From the NCBI GenBank assembly GCA_946613525.1, contig CAMOFO010000004.1, positions 17,925-81,924 on the forward strand: a DNA stretch of 64,000 nucleotides, given 5' to 3'. Shown one piece after another: positions 19,201 through 27,507 of this stretch; position 1 is the stretch's first letter, and each line of letters opens with the position of its first letter. A program made the translations under genes and the position numbers. Origin of the DNA: an uncultured bacterium (GTDB lineage Bacteria > Bacteroidota > Bacteroidia > Bacteroidales > Bacteroidaceae). The notes beneath the pieces are model-generated. The model saw only the letters and a program-made list of their open reading frames with translations, made no database searches and was not told where the DNA came from.

Positions 19201-21663
19201 GCCGTGAACATGCGCGGAATGACCGCCACCGCCAAGAGAACGCTGACCGTGCAGGCTGCGCCCGAACTTTCGGCGGAATTCACCATGAGCAAGGAACAAA
19301 TTGCCGGTGGCGAGGCCGTCAGCTTCTTGGCCACGAACCAGTTGGCCGGTTGCAGCTACCACTGGGACCTTCCGGGAACGCAAATGCTCACAGCCGACAC
19401 GCGCAATGTTTCGGCGGTCTATATCGTCACAGGCGAGCACCAAGTGACGCTCACCGTGACGGCTCCCGACGGCACGACGAAGACCAACACGCAAACCATC
19501 GCCGTGCAGCAGGTGCCGCCAGCTCCGGACTTCAGCCTGTCGGACGCTGTCATTCAAAAGGGCGAGAGCGTGACGATTACCGACGAAACCCTCTACGGTC
19601 CGACGGCATGGGTGTGGACGCTGTTGGAAGAGAAGAACCTGCGCTATCAGAGCACCGAGCAGCATCCTACCTTCACGCCGGCACCGGGCCGATACGAATT
19701 GCAGGTGACGGCCACCAACGAAGTGGGCAGCGGAACCTTTACCCGCAAGCGCGCCCTGCTCGTGTGCAATGCCCCGTCGCTGACGGGTCTGGAATTTGCC
19801 GGCGGCAACAGTCGCGTCACGGCCAATCTTCCCGAAGGCATCACGAACGCCTGGACGATTGACTTCTGGATGAATCCGACCTCGCTCGATGAAACCAGCG
19901 CCGGTATTTTCGGCTCCAACGAGCTGAAACTCACATCGGATGCCGACGGCACGGCGACGCTCAAACGTGGAAATACGACGCTTTCCACCTCTGGAAACGG
20001 CTATTACGTCGTCGGCGAATGGCATCACTACGCCATCACCTACGGCAGCGGCACCGTCATCTTCTACCGCGATGGCATGGAATTTAGTCGTGCCGCTTGC
20101 TCCACGAGAGATTTCACCAACCACTTCACGTCGCTTCAAATCGGTGGTGCCGAAGCTCCGTTGCAAGGCATGATCGACGAGTTCCGCGTGTGGAACAAGA
20201 CACTCGCTGTGAACAAGCTCCGAGGCTATGCCGTCGCACCCATCGCGAATGTTTCCGATGCCGAGCAGAACGACGGCCTGTTGCTCTATTACCAGTTCAA
20301 CCAGACCGGCGGCAACTGCGCCGATGCCACTTCCTACGGCAACGAAGGCACGCGCCGCGATTTCGGTCCCGACGGCGATGCCTGGTCGGAGTCGCGCGGT
20401 GTGTTCGCCATCAATCTGGACAATGGCGGTGGCACGACGGTTGGCGGAATGTTGAACCAGACCTTCTACCGCGTCGTTGACGCATCCCGTGGCGAGCAGT
20501 CGGCTGCCTCGAAGGTGGTCGATGGCAAAGACGACACGATGTGGCAGCCCGAAACGGCCGCCTATCCGCTCAGCATCACCTTGGACAGAGACAAACTCGA
20601 CGAAATTCTGGCGCTCCGGCTCCATTCGTCGCATGGCAACGACGTCGCCTGCCTGCCCACGTCGCTCAGCATCTACGAGAGCGACGACGCCAGCACGTGG
20701 ACGACCGTTTTGGCGGATCGGGCTCTCGGCTTCAGCGGAAACTACAGCGACATCATGCTGCCAGACGCGATTACCCGTCGCTACGTGAAAATCGAGTTCC
20801 CGACAGGCGGAGCCAAACTCGCCCTCAACGAAATCTATTTCTTCGGAAAAGAGGGTGAAGTCGTTGACAACGAAGACGGCCAGTCGGATTCGGGCCACAC
20901 CATCACATGGCGCATCTGCGACAAGACAGGCGGGGAACTTTGGAAAATCTACAAACAGAAGAACGTGGTGCAGGGCACCCGAATCACCAAACTGCCCGAC
21001 GCCTATCGCATCAAGGGCTGTAACTATTCGGCTGTTTCCGCAACGGTCGAAGGCGACGTCACCATCGACGTGCGCTGCACATGGCCCACAAGCATGTTCA
21101 CGCCCAGCACGCCCGAGAATCCCGTCTATCACAACCTGAGAGTGAATGGCAAGTATGCCCGCTGGGATGCCGCCACAGGGCGCGTGTCGCTCAAGACGAC
21201 CAAGCCTGCTACCGACGAGGAAATCGGAAAATGGGCATTCTTCGGCAATCCTTACGCAGGATACCTCGTCGTGAACGCTGCCGAGCCGCGCGTGTTCCTC
21301 TCGTGCTTGTCGTCCGACAAGTCGTATTCCGTGTTGGATGGCAGCGGAACGCGCTTCAATGCCAGCAGTTCCAGCTATTCGGGCGGCGGCTTCCTCTTGC
21401 AGGTGATTCAGAACGTTTCCTATCTGAACGACTACGCCAACGAAGGACAACTGGCCATATGGGCCGATGCGAAGGCCACCAGCGGCGTGGGTTCGGCCTT
21501 CAAGGCGACGGTCGTCAGCGGTAGCTCTACGGGCATCGAGACCGTTGAAATCGAACCGTTCGCAGACGACAATTATTACACCATTGGCGGCGTAAAACTC
21601 AACGGAAAACCGACCGCGAAGGGGGTCTATATCCACCGCGGTAAAAAAATTATTGTCAAATAA
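16276..21663 (+). CDS. T9SS-secreted papain-like (C1) cysteine peptidase with FN3, PKD, LamG and F5/8-like domains
   Basis: SQAGGSCG (Q/C), DHAMTMCGYDD (H), WIVVNSWG (N); PKD-like repeats; WHHYAITY and GMIDEFRVWN (LamG); T9SS CTD. Confidence 0.8.
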   Translation: MKRTMIFACAMLFAVASKAQWDLEGLAVDKSKWIDFAPAWNPDPYIMTPGAGSAGSVQQNAGMSKGKGPRMAPQKADAVELPDHWDNGETKYFPPVFSQAGGSCGVSSRAGYMLCEELNAYRGTDASHPDNRLAPNVQHPFDNTGPNKNTMAYQIGFPSVSTYGGFPYSNLIGFYGPESDAAGWMQGYNKWYKTMHNRIWGSSSIPTPVIGYPEDNPDDWGLGGFGPGALAAKRWLYNHNGDESFQTGGLLGLGVSSGYNLIKIPATTENRKNGLANMVYWVPGTSVDHAMTMCGYDDRVEFDIDGNGKVGERKNSDGYDERGAWIVVNSWGNWGNNGFVYVPYALAAPTCKKNASGKGYLPVGNGFTPEMWHIRKDYTPARTIKLKISFTQRSAISLKAGISTNLKASSPQKTLTFEHFNYKGDGNNDGKDAMTPLLGKWADGMHYEPMEFGFDLSDLMADFDPTQPLKFFFIVESKSTATGVGGIHEASIIDYTYNPNGIETPFVIAGDSVIIGNKGKRTSISTIVYGEAINPPTNLKISGTTLSWEAPQTSFTPTGYIIYKNGTEIAQTEGSVKSYNVGTGEGTYTVKAIYELNGQRKLSASSASVEGNYAFSKRYITKVGSPISKLAELTDGMTVILYNTGRAKYICDAGTTNYQHRAAAPKKGQPNSSEYIFTVHKVGNTFTFTSENGSLPAFEANNVGIPVSDTPGQFTVTLASSSEKTFLLKNGSWYLNGNENAPVTWNAGDNNSKHRITPVECDPEIQGLEDYTTVTAENLMEGQIVALYNNGRGYFITDENDSYGISKTEPTGQSYNYLFRVGKNADGTFTFTSQSGAIPALPHNATFAPGNTAENFTLTSAGTGLFHLQGATAVASAGGQQERQYLNGSETAPIGWNSTDANSVYRLYPVKTSTTEPSITIAASTPIQVFTPVQLSLNGDADIASCVWTVEDKTYTSTSPTVVFTTAGSKVVECTAVNMRGMTATAKRTLTVQAAPELSAEFTMSKEQIAGGEAVSFLATNQLAGCSYHWDLPGTQMLTADTRNVSAVYIVTGEHQVTLTVTAPDGTTKTNTQTIAVQQVPPAPDFSLSDAVIQKGESVTITDETLYGPTAWVWTLLEEKNLRYQSTEQHPTFTPAPGRYELQVTATNEVGSGTFTRKRALLVCNAPSLTGLEFAGGNSRVTANLPEGITNAWTIDFWMNPTSLDETSAGIFGSNELKLTSDADGTATLKRGNTTLSTSGNGYYVVGEWHHYAITYGSGTVIFYRDGMEFSRAACSTRDFTNHFTSLQIGGAEAPLQGMIDEFRVWNKTLAVNKLRGYAVAPIANVSDAEQNDGLLLYYQFNQTGGNCADATSYGNEGTRRDFGPDGDAWSESRGVFAINLDNGGGTTVGGMLNQTFYRVVDASRGEQSAASKVVDGKDDTMWQPETAAYPLSITLDRDKLDEILALRLHSSHGNDVACLPTSLSIYESDDASTWTTVLADRALGFSGNYSDIMLPDAITRRYVKIEFPTGGAKLALNEIYFFGKEGEVVDNEDGQSDSGHTITWRICDKTGGELWKIYKQKNVVQGTRITKLPDAYRIKGCNYSAVSATVEGDVTIDVRCTWPTSMFTPSTPENPVYHNLRVNGKYARWDAATGRVSLKTTKPATDEEIGKWAFFGNPYAGYLVVNAAEPRVFLSCLSSDKSYSVLDGSGTRFNASSSSYSGGGFLLQVIQNVSYLNDYANEGQLAIWADAKATSGVGSAFKATVVSGSSTGIETVEIEPFADDNYYTIGGVKLNGKPTAKGVYIHRGKKIIVK

Positions 21664-21724
21664 ATGTCATGTTTCCAAATATTTTCATAACTTTGCAGCG
21701 GATAACTTTTAAAAACCTGAAAGA

Positions 21725-24700
21725 ATGAAAAAGATGATGCTTTTTGCTTGCGCCCTGCTGTTTGCAGTCACCACGCAGGCACAGTGGGACTTCAGCACTG
21801 ATACAGACTACTTACTGAAGCACGTCACGTCGGGCAAGTACCTGCTCTTGCACGATAGTTACGAAGAAACCAACCAAGTGAATGCCACAACGCTGGAAGG
21901 CGAAGGCTCGCTGTTCACCATCACGAAGAAAGGCAGCGGCTACGTGTTCACCAAAAAAGGCACGGAACTGACCTTGAGCCTCTCGACCAACGGTAAGTTT
22001 GCCGGATGGAACACCTCGAACAAGGGTGGCACCGCATGGACACTCGCCGATGCCGGCGACGACTGCGTCTATATCAAGTCGAGCAAAGGCTACCTCGCTC
22101 CCAACGACGGCGGCGGGGCTGGCGCGTATGTCTATACCGACAAGGGTGAAGGCAGCAACTCGAAGTGGCAAATCGTCGATGCTGTGGGCGAGCTCCCGAA
22201 CTACGTCAGCACCATCACCAGCGGCAAATACTACCGGCTGGTGAGCTACACGAACTCGGGAGTGTCGATGACCGACGGCGGCGGCGGACTGGTCACCTCG
22301 GCCAGCAGCAAGAAGAACTACAGCCAAGTATGGCTGCTGACTGCCAACGGCACGGGCTACAAGTTCCAGAACCTGCTCACCGGAAAGTACATCACAAGCG
22401 CACCCGGCACCAGCAACCAGTGGAAAACGGGCAACTCAGGTGCCACTTTCTACGTTGGAACATCGACCGCTGACGACAAGACGCTCTTCTTCTTCTCGAC
22501 AACGAAAAGCGGCAGCGGAGCCAATCCGAACACCTACGACGCCCTGCACTCCGCACCCCACCAGAGCAACAACGTGGTGGGATGGGTAGGCAACGCCGAC
22601 GCCTCGAAATGGATGTTGGACATGGTCGATGAAACCAAAATCGACTTCGACGCCATCCACGACCTGCAGCAGGCCGTGAATACCAACTATACCAACCAGC
22701 TGACGAACTTCTACGAAGACTACGCCTGCACACAGCTCAAGAGCGAATTCGCCTCGATGAGCGACGACGCACTGCGCGAGGCCATGAGTGCCCTGCCCTC
22801 CACACTGCGCGAGGAGGCCGTGCGCGTGAAGAACGACAAGTGGAACGACAACGCCACTTGGAACAAATACGAGAAAGACTTCCGCATCCACGACTATGAG
22901 GTCTATTCCGAACCCGGCGTCTGGGCCAACAAGCTCAGCCTCGGAGCCTTCGGGCGCCTCACCCAGCCCACGGGCATCCGCCTGAAGTCGGGCGACTTGG
23001 TGTTCCTGCACGTCAACGCCAATGTGGCCGACAGCGACGGACACCTCTATGCCGAACTGGTGTCGGGCGTGGATCTCTACGGAACACAAGTCACGCTGAA
23101 GCGCGGCTACAACGCTATCGTCGCATCCAACGACTGCGAAATCTTCATCACCTACAACTGCACGAACACAGAAAAGAAACTCTCGAACTATCCCAATATC
23201 AAGGTTCACATTGTCGGCGGCACGTGCAACGGCACCTTCGACATGAGTCGCGGCCACACCGAGAAGGACTGGAAGTGGCTCCTGCAGAATATGTTCAGCG
23301 ACACCTACCTGCACCTGCGCTCGCAGTACCACGTGATGAACTGCTACCTCGACCGCGTGAAAAACGCCGAGAACATGACGGGGGCACTGAAAATCTGGGA
23401 CTTCGTGTTCGAGAACCTCGAAAAACTCATGACCACGCGATTCAACGACGGCTATTACCGCCCGATTATGCTCGTGTTCGATGCCTCGGGCAATAATCCC
23501 AACTGGTCGTGGGGCCGCGTCTCCATGCCTGGAATGTGGGGCAACGGCGCACTCAACTACAACAGCCTGCTCTACACAGGCGGAGCTGGCGGACAACAGT
23601 GGGTCATCGAGCACGAGGAAGGCCATGGCCACCAGAATCCCATCAACCTCAGCGGAACCACTGAGGTCAGCAACAACGGTCTGGCACAGATCGTGAACCA
23701 CCTCTGGGGCTATCGTACCAGCCGTGGACGCGCCCAGCACCACACCTACGACTACTTCAACGAGGGTGTGGCTTGGGTCGATTACCCACGCCGACCCGAA
23801 TGCCTGTGGCTGACCAACAAACTGTGGTATCAGCTCTGGCTCTACTTCCACATGAAGGGCGACGACGGCTTCTTCGCACGCTGGATGGACAAGCTCCGCG
23901 CCATGGACGGCGGCATCAAGAAGGCCGGCGGCAACAACATCGCCCGCCAGACAGCCTCGCGCACCATCTCCGAACTGCAAGGAAAGACCAGCACATGGGG
24001 CAGCTGGACCAGCGAATACATGCGCATGGCACTGGCCGCCTGCGAAGCCTCGCAGACCGACCTCTACGAGTTCTTCAAGATGTGGGGATTCTTCGGCTTC
24101 TCCGACGAGGTGAAGACCACTGGAGACTTCGACGACACGAAGAACGGCATCTACCGCATCAGCGACTATTCCCACTTCTTCGTGCGTGTGCCCATCCGCG
24201 GCAACAAGGTCGATGAAGACGCCATCAAGTGGTGCAAGGACAAGATGCAGAGCTATCCTAACAAGGCTCCCGGCGCGATGTTCATCAACGACACGGGCGA
24301 ACTCACGCAAATCGACGCCGATGCCGAATGTCTGAAATACGACCCGAAACTGGCCGGCACCAAGCGGCAGTATGCCGACGGCGAATCCCAACAGAACCAA
24401 AACGGACTGGGCACCTACACCCACTTCGGCAAGAACGAGCTGACAACCCTGACCTTCAAGGTCAGCGGCACGAGAGTGATTGTCACGGGCAACGGCGCTG
24501 TGGGCTTCAAGATCTATGACGACAAGGGAGAACTCGTCTGGGTGAGCAACAGAAAATCATTCACGACGAACAGCACCATCGCCGAAGGCATCACCAACGG
24601 CACCTACTCGCTCGTGGCCTCGCTCGGCGACGACACCGACCTGCTGCTCAGCGGTCCTGAAACCGATTATGCCAAGAATGATCCGAATGGCATCAATACA

Positions 24701-24820
24701 GTTGATAGTTCAAAGTTGACAGTTGATAGTTATTATACTATCGACGGTGTGAAGCTCATCGGGAAACCAACCAAGAAAGGCATCTACATCGTAGATGGCA
24801 AAAAAGTGGTCGTGAAGTAA
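21725..24820 (+). CDS. T9SS-secreted M60-like zinc metallopeptidase, paralog of 13160-16201
   Basis: HEEGHGHQ...GTTEVSNN; collinear with the first copy; T9SS CTD. Confidence 0.8.
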   Translation: MKKMMLFACALLFAVTTQAQWDFSTDTDYLLKHVTSGKYLLLHDSYEETNQVNATTLEGEGSLFTITKKGSGYVFTKKGTELTLSLSTNGKFAGWNTSNKGGTAWTLADAGDDCVYIKSSKGYLAPNDGGGAGAYVYTDKGEGSNSKWQIVDAVGELPNYVSTITSGKYYRLVSYTNSGVSMTDGGGGLVTSASSKKNYSQVWLLTANGTGYKFQNLLTGKYITSAPGTSNQWKTGNSGATFYVGTSTADDKTLFFFSTTKSGSGANPNTYDALHSAPHQSNNVVGWVGNADASKWMLDMVDETKIDFDAIHDLQQAVNTNYTNQLTNFYEDYACTQLKSEFASMSDDALREAMSALPSTLREEAVRVKNDKWNDNATWNKYEKDFRIHDYEVYSEPGVWANKLSLGAFGRLTQPTGIRLKSGDLVFLHVNANVADSDGHLYAELVSGVDLYGTQVTLKRGYNAIVASNDCEIFITYNCTNTEKKLSNYPNIKVHIVGGTCNGTFDMSRGHTEKDWKWLLQNMFSDTYLHLRSQYHVMNCYLDRVKNAENMTGALKIWDFVFENLEKLMTTRFNDGYYRPIMLVFDASGNNPNWSWGRVSMPGMWGNGALNYNSLLYTGGAGGQQWVIEHEEGHGHQNPINLSGTTEVSNNGLAQIVNHLWGYRTSRGRAQHHTYDYFNEGVAWVDYPRRPECLWLTNKLWYQLWLYFHMKGDDGFFARWMDKLRAMDGGIKKAGGNNIARQTASRTISELQGKTSTWGSWTSEYMRMALAACEASQTDLYEFFKMWGFFGFSDEVKTTGDFDDTKNGIYRISDYSHFFVRVPIRGNKVDEDAIKWCKDKMQSYPNKAPGAMFINDTGELTQIDADAECLKYDPKLAGTKRQYADGESQQNQNGLGTYTHFGKNELTTLTFKVSGTRVIVTGNGAVGFKIYDDKGELVWVSNRKSFTTNSTIAEGITNGTYSLVASLGDDTDLLLSGPETDYAKNDPNGINTVDSSKLTVDSYYTIDGVKLIGKPTKKGIYIVDGKKVVVK
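24700..24731. repeat. AGTTGAN heptamer array in the linker before the T9SS CTD
   Basis: agttgat agttcaa agttgac agttgat agtt. Confidence 0.8.
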
Positions 24821-24822
24821 CC

Positions 24823-24854
24823 AAAGATGCGCTTCGGAAACGGAGCGCATCTTT
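24823..24854 (+). terminator. Hairpin (intrinsic terminator or attenuator) after the second M60 gene
   Basis: aaagatgcgcttcg gaaa cggagcgcatcttt. Confidence 0.7.
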
Positions 24855-24867
24855 AACCCAATAGCGT

Positions 24868-27459
24868 ATGAAGAAAATGTATATACAAATCAAGGTGGCA
24901 ACCTTGGTAGCCCTGTGCTGCCTGAGTCTGTGGCCGGCAACGGCAGAAGCCCAGAGTAGCGAGAAATTCGTACTCGTCTATTACGACGAGGGACGACTTG
25001 ACGCCTTCCCCGAAACCGTGGTGACCGAAAGGAAAAACGCCAACAACCAACTGTGCATCAAGACCGTTTCCGACACAGCGTTCTACTACAACGAAAACCG
25101 CGTCGATTCGGTGGTGGTGCGCTCGCGCGACGAGCTGAGCAGCCGCTTCGCCAGCATCACGCAGCTGAAGCTGAACAACAAGTACAACGACCAAGTCTAT
25201 GACGACGTCTATGCCAACATCATCGGCGACAGCATCATCACAGCCGAAGTGGCAGCCATCGGAAAATGGCTCACGCCCTCGATTCAACTTTCCGACGAGA
25301 CGGCCCACGTCTATGTAGGCCGCGAACGCCAAGAAACCAAAATGACGCGTCGCAGCTATGCCAACGATGTCTATTACACCGTGGCCAAGCCCAACCAGCG
25401 TATGTTCACGCAGACGAAAGTCAAAGACGAGGTTTGGAGCGATGCCGTCGGGCAATACACCGAGACACCCGTGACACTGACGGCCACATCGTTCTCCTCG
25501 AACCTGCCCGGACAGACAGGAGAGGGCTTCGAGCAGATGATCGACGGCAACGTCAGCACCATCTGGCACTCTACGTGGAACGTGACAGACCCCACAGAAA
25601 AGGAAACCATCATCAATACGCATCCCTATCTCGACATCGCACTGCCCGAGCAGCTGCGACGCATCCGCTTCGGCTACACCACGCGCAACACCGGAGTCTA
25701 CTGGCCACTGTCGCTGACGCTGCTGGCCTCGACCGACGGTGAAAACTGGACCGAAATCAAGCAATTCACCGCCGACAACGACGGGCTGCCGCGAGCCGCC
25801 GGAACGGAATTCCTGAGCGATGTCATCGACCTCGGACGCAACTACCGCCACCTGCGCCTCTACTTGAACAGTGCGGCACACCGCCTCTACATGGTTCTCG
25901 CCGAGTTCCAACTCAAGAAGGTGCAGCTCAACGCCAATCCCCGCGAGAGCGAGCTCATCGAGCCTGCTGAATACCGCTACCAGATGGAGCCCTTCGGACG
26001 ACGCTATCGCGTGCATTTCGACTGGCTCACCGACCGCTCTACCAACGTGCCGGTGGTGAACATCGACGTGGAGAACGGCGACGTCATTGCAAGCAAGAAG
26101 TATTACTACAACGCAACCATCACCATCGACGGTACCGGCGTGTTCCCCTCGATGGAAACCACCGACATACAAATCAAGGGACGCGGCAACTCCTCGTGGC
26201 AACAGCCACAGGTCTATTGGTACGGCGACCAGCCCTTTACCTACGGCTACTACAAAAATCCCTATCGCATCAAATTCCCCGAGAAGCGCAAGCCCTTCGG
26301 ACTCACCAACGGCAAAAACTGGGTGCTCCTGGCCAACAAGCAGGCGGGGTCGATGATGTCGAACGCCATCGGCATGAAGGCGGCCTGCCTCGTGGGAACA
26401 GTTGCAGCCAACCACATCGTGCCCGTCGAACTCTATATCAATGGAGAATACTTCGGCAACTACAACTTCACGGAGAAGGTAGGCCTGTCGAACAACAGCG
26501 TAGAGCTGGCTGACGAAACGCGCGCCACGCTGCTGGAGCTCGACACCTACTACGATGAGACCTACAAGTTCCGCTCCAAGCAATACAACCTGCCCGTGAA
26601 CATCAAGGAACCCGAGTTCGACGAAGAAGACACCGAAACGCAACTGACGATGGAAATGATCCAAACGGAGTTCAACAACTTCATGGACGTGGTGAAGGGA
26701 GGGCAGAATCTCTCCGACATCGTAGATATCGAGTCGCTCGCCAAGTTCCTGATGCTCAACGAGTTGATTCTAAACCACGAAATCAAGCACCCGAAGAGCA
26801 CCTTCCTCTACAATCCCGAAGTGGCGAGCTCGACCAGCAAGTTCTACTTCGGGCCCGTCTGGGACCTCGACTGGGCCTTCGGCTACGAGACCAATAGGCA
26901 ATACTTCACAACAGACTATTCCACCGACTTCTACACCTCGATGACCTCGATGGCCGGACGGCGCTTCATCTACGACCTGCGCTATGTCAGCAACGAGCTC
27001 GACAGGGCCATCTACAAGGCTTGGCGACGCTTCGTGAAGTACCAGCTCGAGGAACTGATCGACTTCTGCGACGACTATTACGCCTACGCCCGTCCGTCGT
27101 TCGAGCGCAACGCCAACGAAGCCTATTGGGGCGACGGCCTGAACTACAAGGCCACAACCGAAAACGCGAAGAAATGGCTGCGCAACAGGGCGCAGAGCGT
27201 GTTCTCCAAGCTCACGGCGTATGACATTCCCGACGACGACGCACCCATCATCGACTCGTTCGACGATGCCGGCGACAATCCAGGCGACACCAACGGCATC
27301 GACATCAAGGAGCGCCAGACGCTCGACGAAAACAGCCTCGCCGACGTCTATGACATCAACGGACGGCTCCTGAAGCGCGGCGTGTCGGTGTTCGACCTGC
27401 GCACGGGTCTGAAGCCTGGCATCTATATCGTGAATGGCAAGAAAATGATTATCCGATAA
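24868..27459 (+). CDS. T9SS-secreted CotH-family kinase with an F5/8-like domain
   Basis: IKGRGNSSW, KNWVLLAN, VELYINGEYFGNY, HPKS, FGPVWDLDWAFG; CTD VYDINGR...PGIYIVNGKKMIIR. Confidence 0.85.
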   Translation: MKKMYIQIKVATLVALCCLSLWPATAEAQSSEKFVLVYYDEGRLDAFPETVVTERKNANNQLCIKTVSDTAFYYNENRVDSVVVRSRDELSSRFASITQLKLNNKYNDQVYDDVYANIIGDSIITAEVAAIGKWLTPSIQLSDETAHVYVGRERQETKMTRRSYANDVYYTVAKPNQRMFTQTKVKDEVWSDAVGQYTETPVTLTATSFSSNLPGQTGEGFEQMIDGNVSTIWHSTWNVTDPTEKETIINTHPYLDIALPEQLRRIRFGYTTRNTGVYWPLSLTLLASTDGENWTEIKQFTADNDGLPRAAGTEFLSDVIDLGRNYRHLRLYLNSAAHRLYMVLAEFQLKKVQLNANPRESELIEPAEYRYQMEPFGRRYRVHFDWLTDRSTNVPVVNIDVENGDVIASKKYYYNATITIDGTGVFPSMETTDIQIKGRGNSSWQQPQVYWYGDQPFTYGYYKNPYRIKFPEKRKPFGLTNGKNWVLLANKQAGSMMSNAIGMKAACLVGTVAANHIVPVELYINGEYFGNYNFTEKVGLSNNSVELADETRATLLELDTYYDETYKFRSKQYNLPVNIKEPEFDEEDTETQLTMEMIQTEFNNFMDVVKGGQNLSDIVDIESLAKFLMLNELILNHEIKHPKSTFLYNPEVASSTSKFYFGPVWDLDWAFGYETNRQYFTTDYSTDFYTSMTSMAGRRFIYDLRYVSNELDRAIYKAWRRFVKYQLEELIDFCDDYYAYARPSFERNANEAYWGDGLNYKATTENAKKWLRNRAQSVFSKLTAYDIPDDDAPIIDSFDDAGDNPGDTNGIDIKERQTLDENSLADVYDINGRLLKRGVSVFDLRTGLKPGIYIVNGKKMIIR

Positions 27460-27466
27460 CGCTAAA

Positions 27467-27498
27467 TTCGGGGTTACGAAGGTGCGGAGGTACGAAAA
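27467..27498. repeat. Single purine-rich octamer arm between the CotH gene and argS
   Basis: ttcggggttacgaaggtgcggaggtacgaaaa; same family as 7332 and 29039. Confidence 0.7.
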
Positions 27499-27507
27499 AA
27501 TTAGATT

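Noticed and set aside
14552-26664. Very long antisense ORFs (560, 981, 662 and 603 aa) opposite the T9SS genes, and similar ones elsewhere
   Set aside because: They mirror the sense frame of GC3-rich genes and have no recognisable motifs, so they are shadow ORFs
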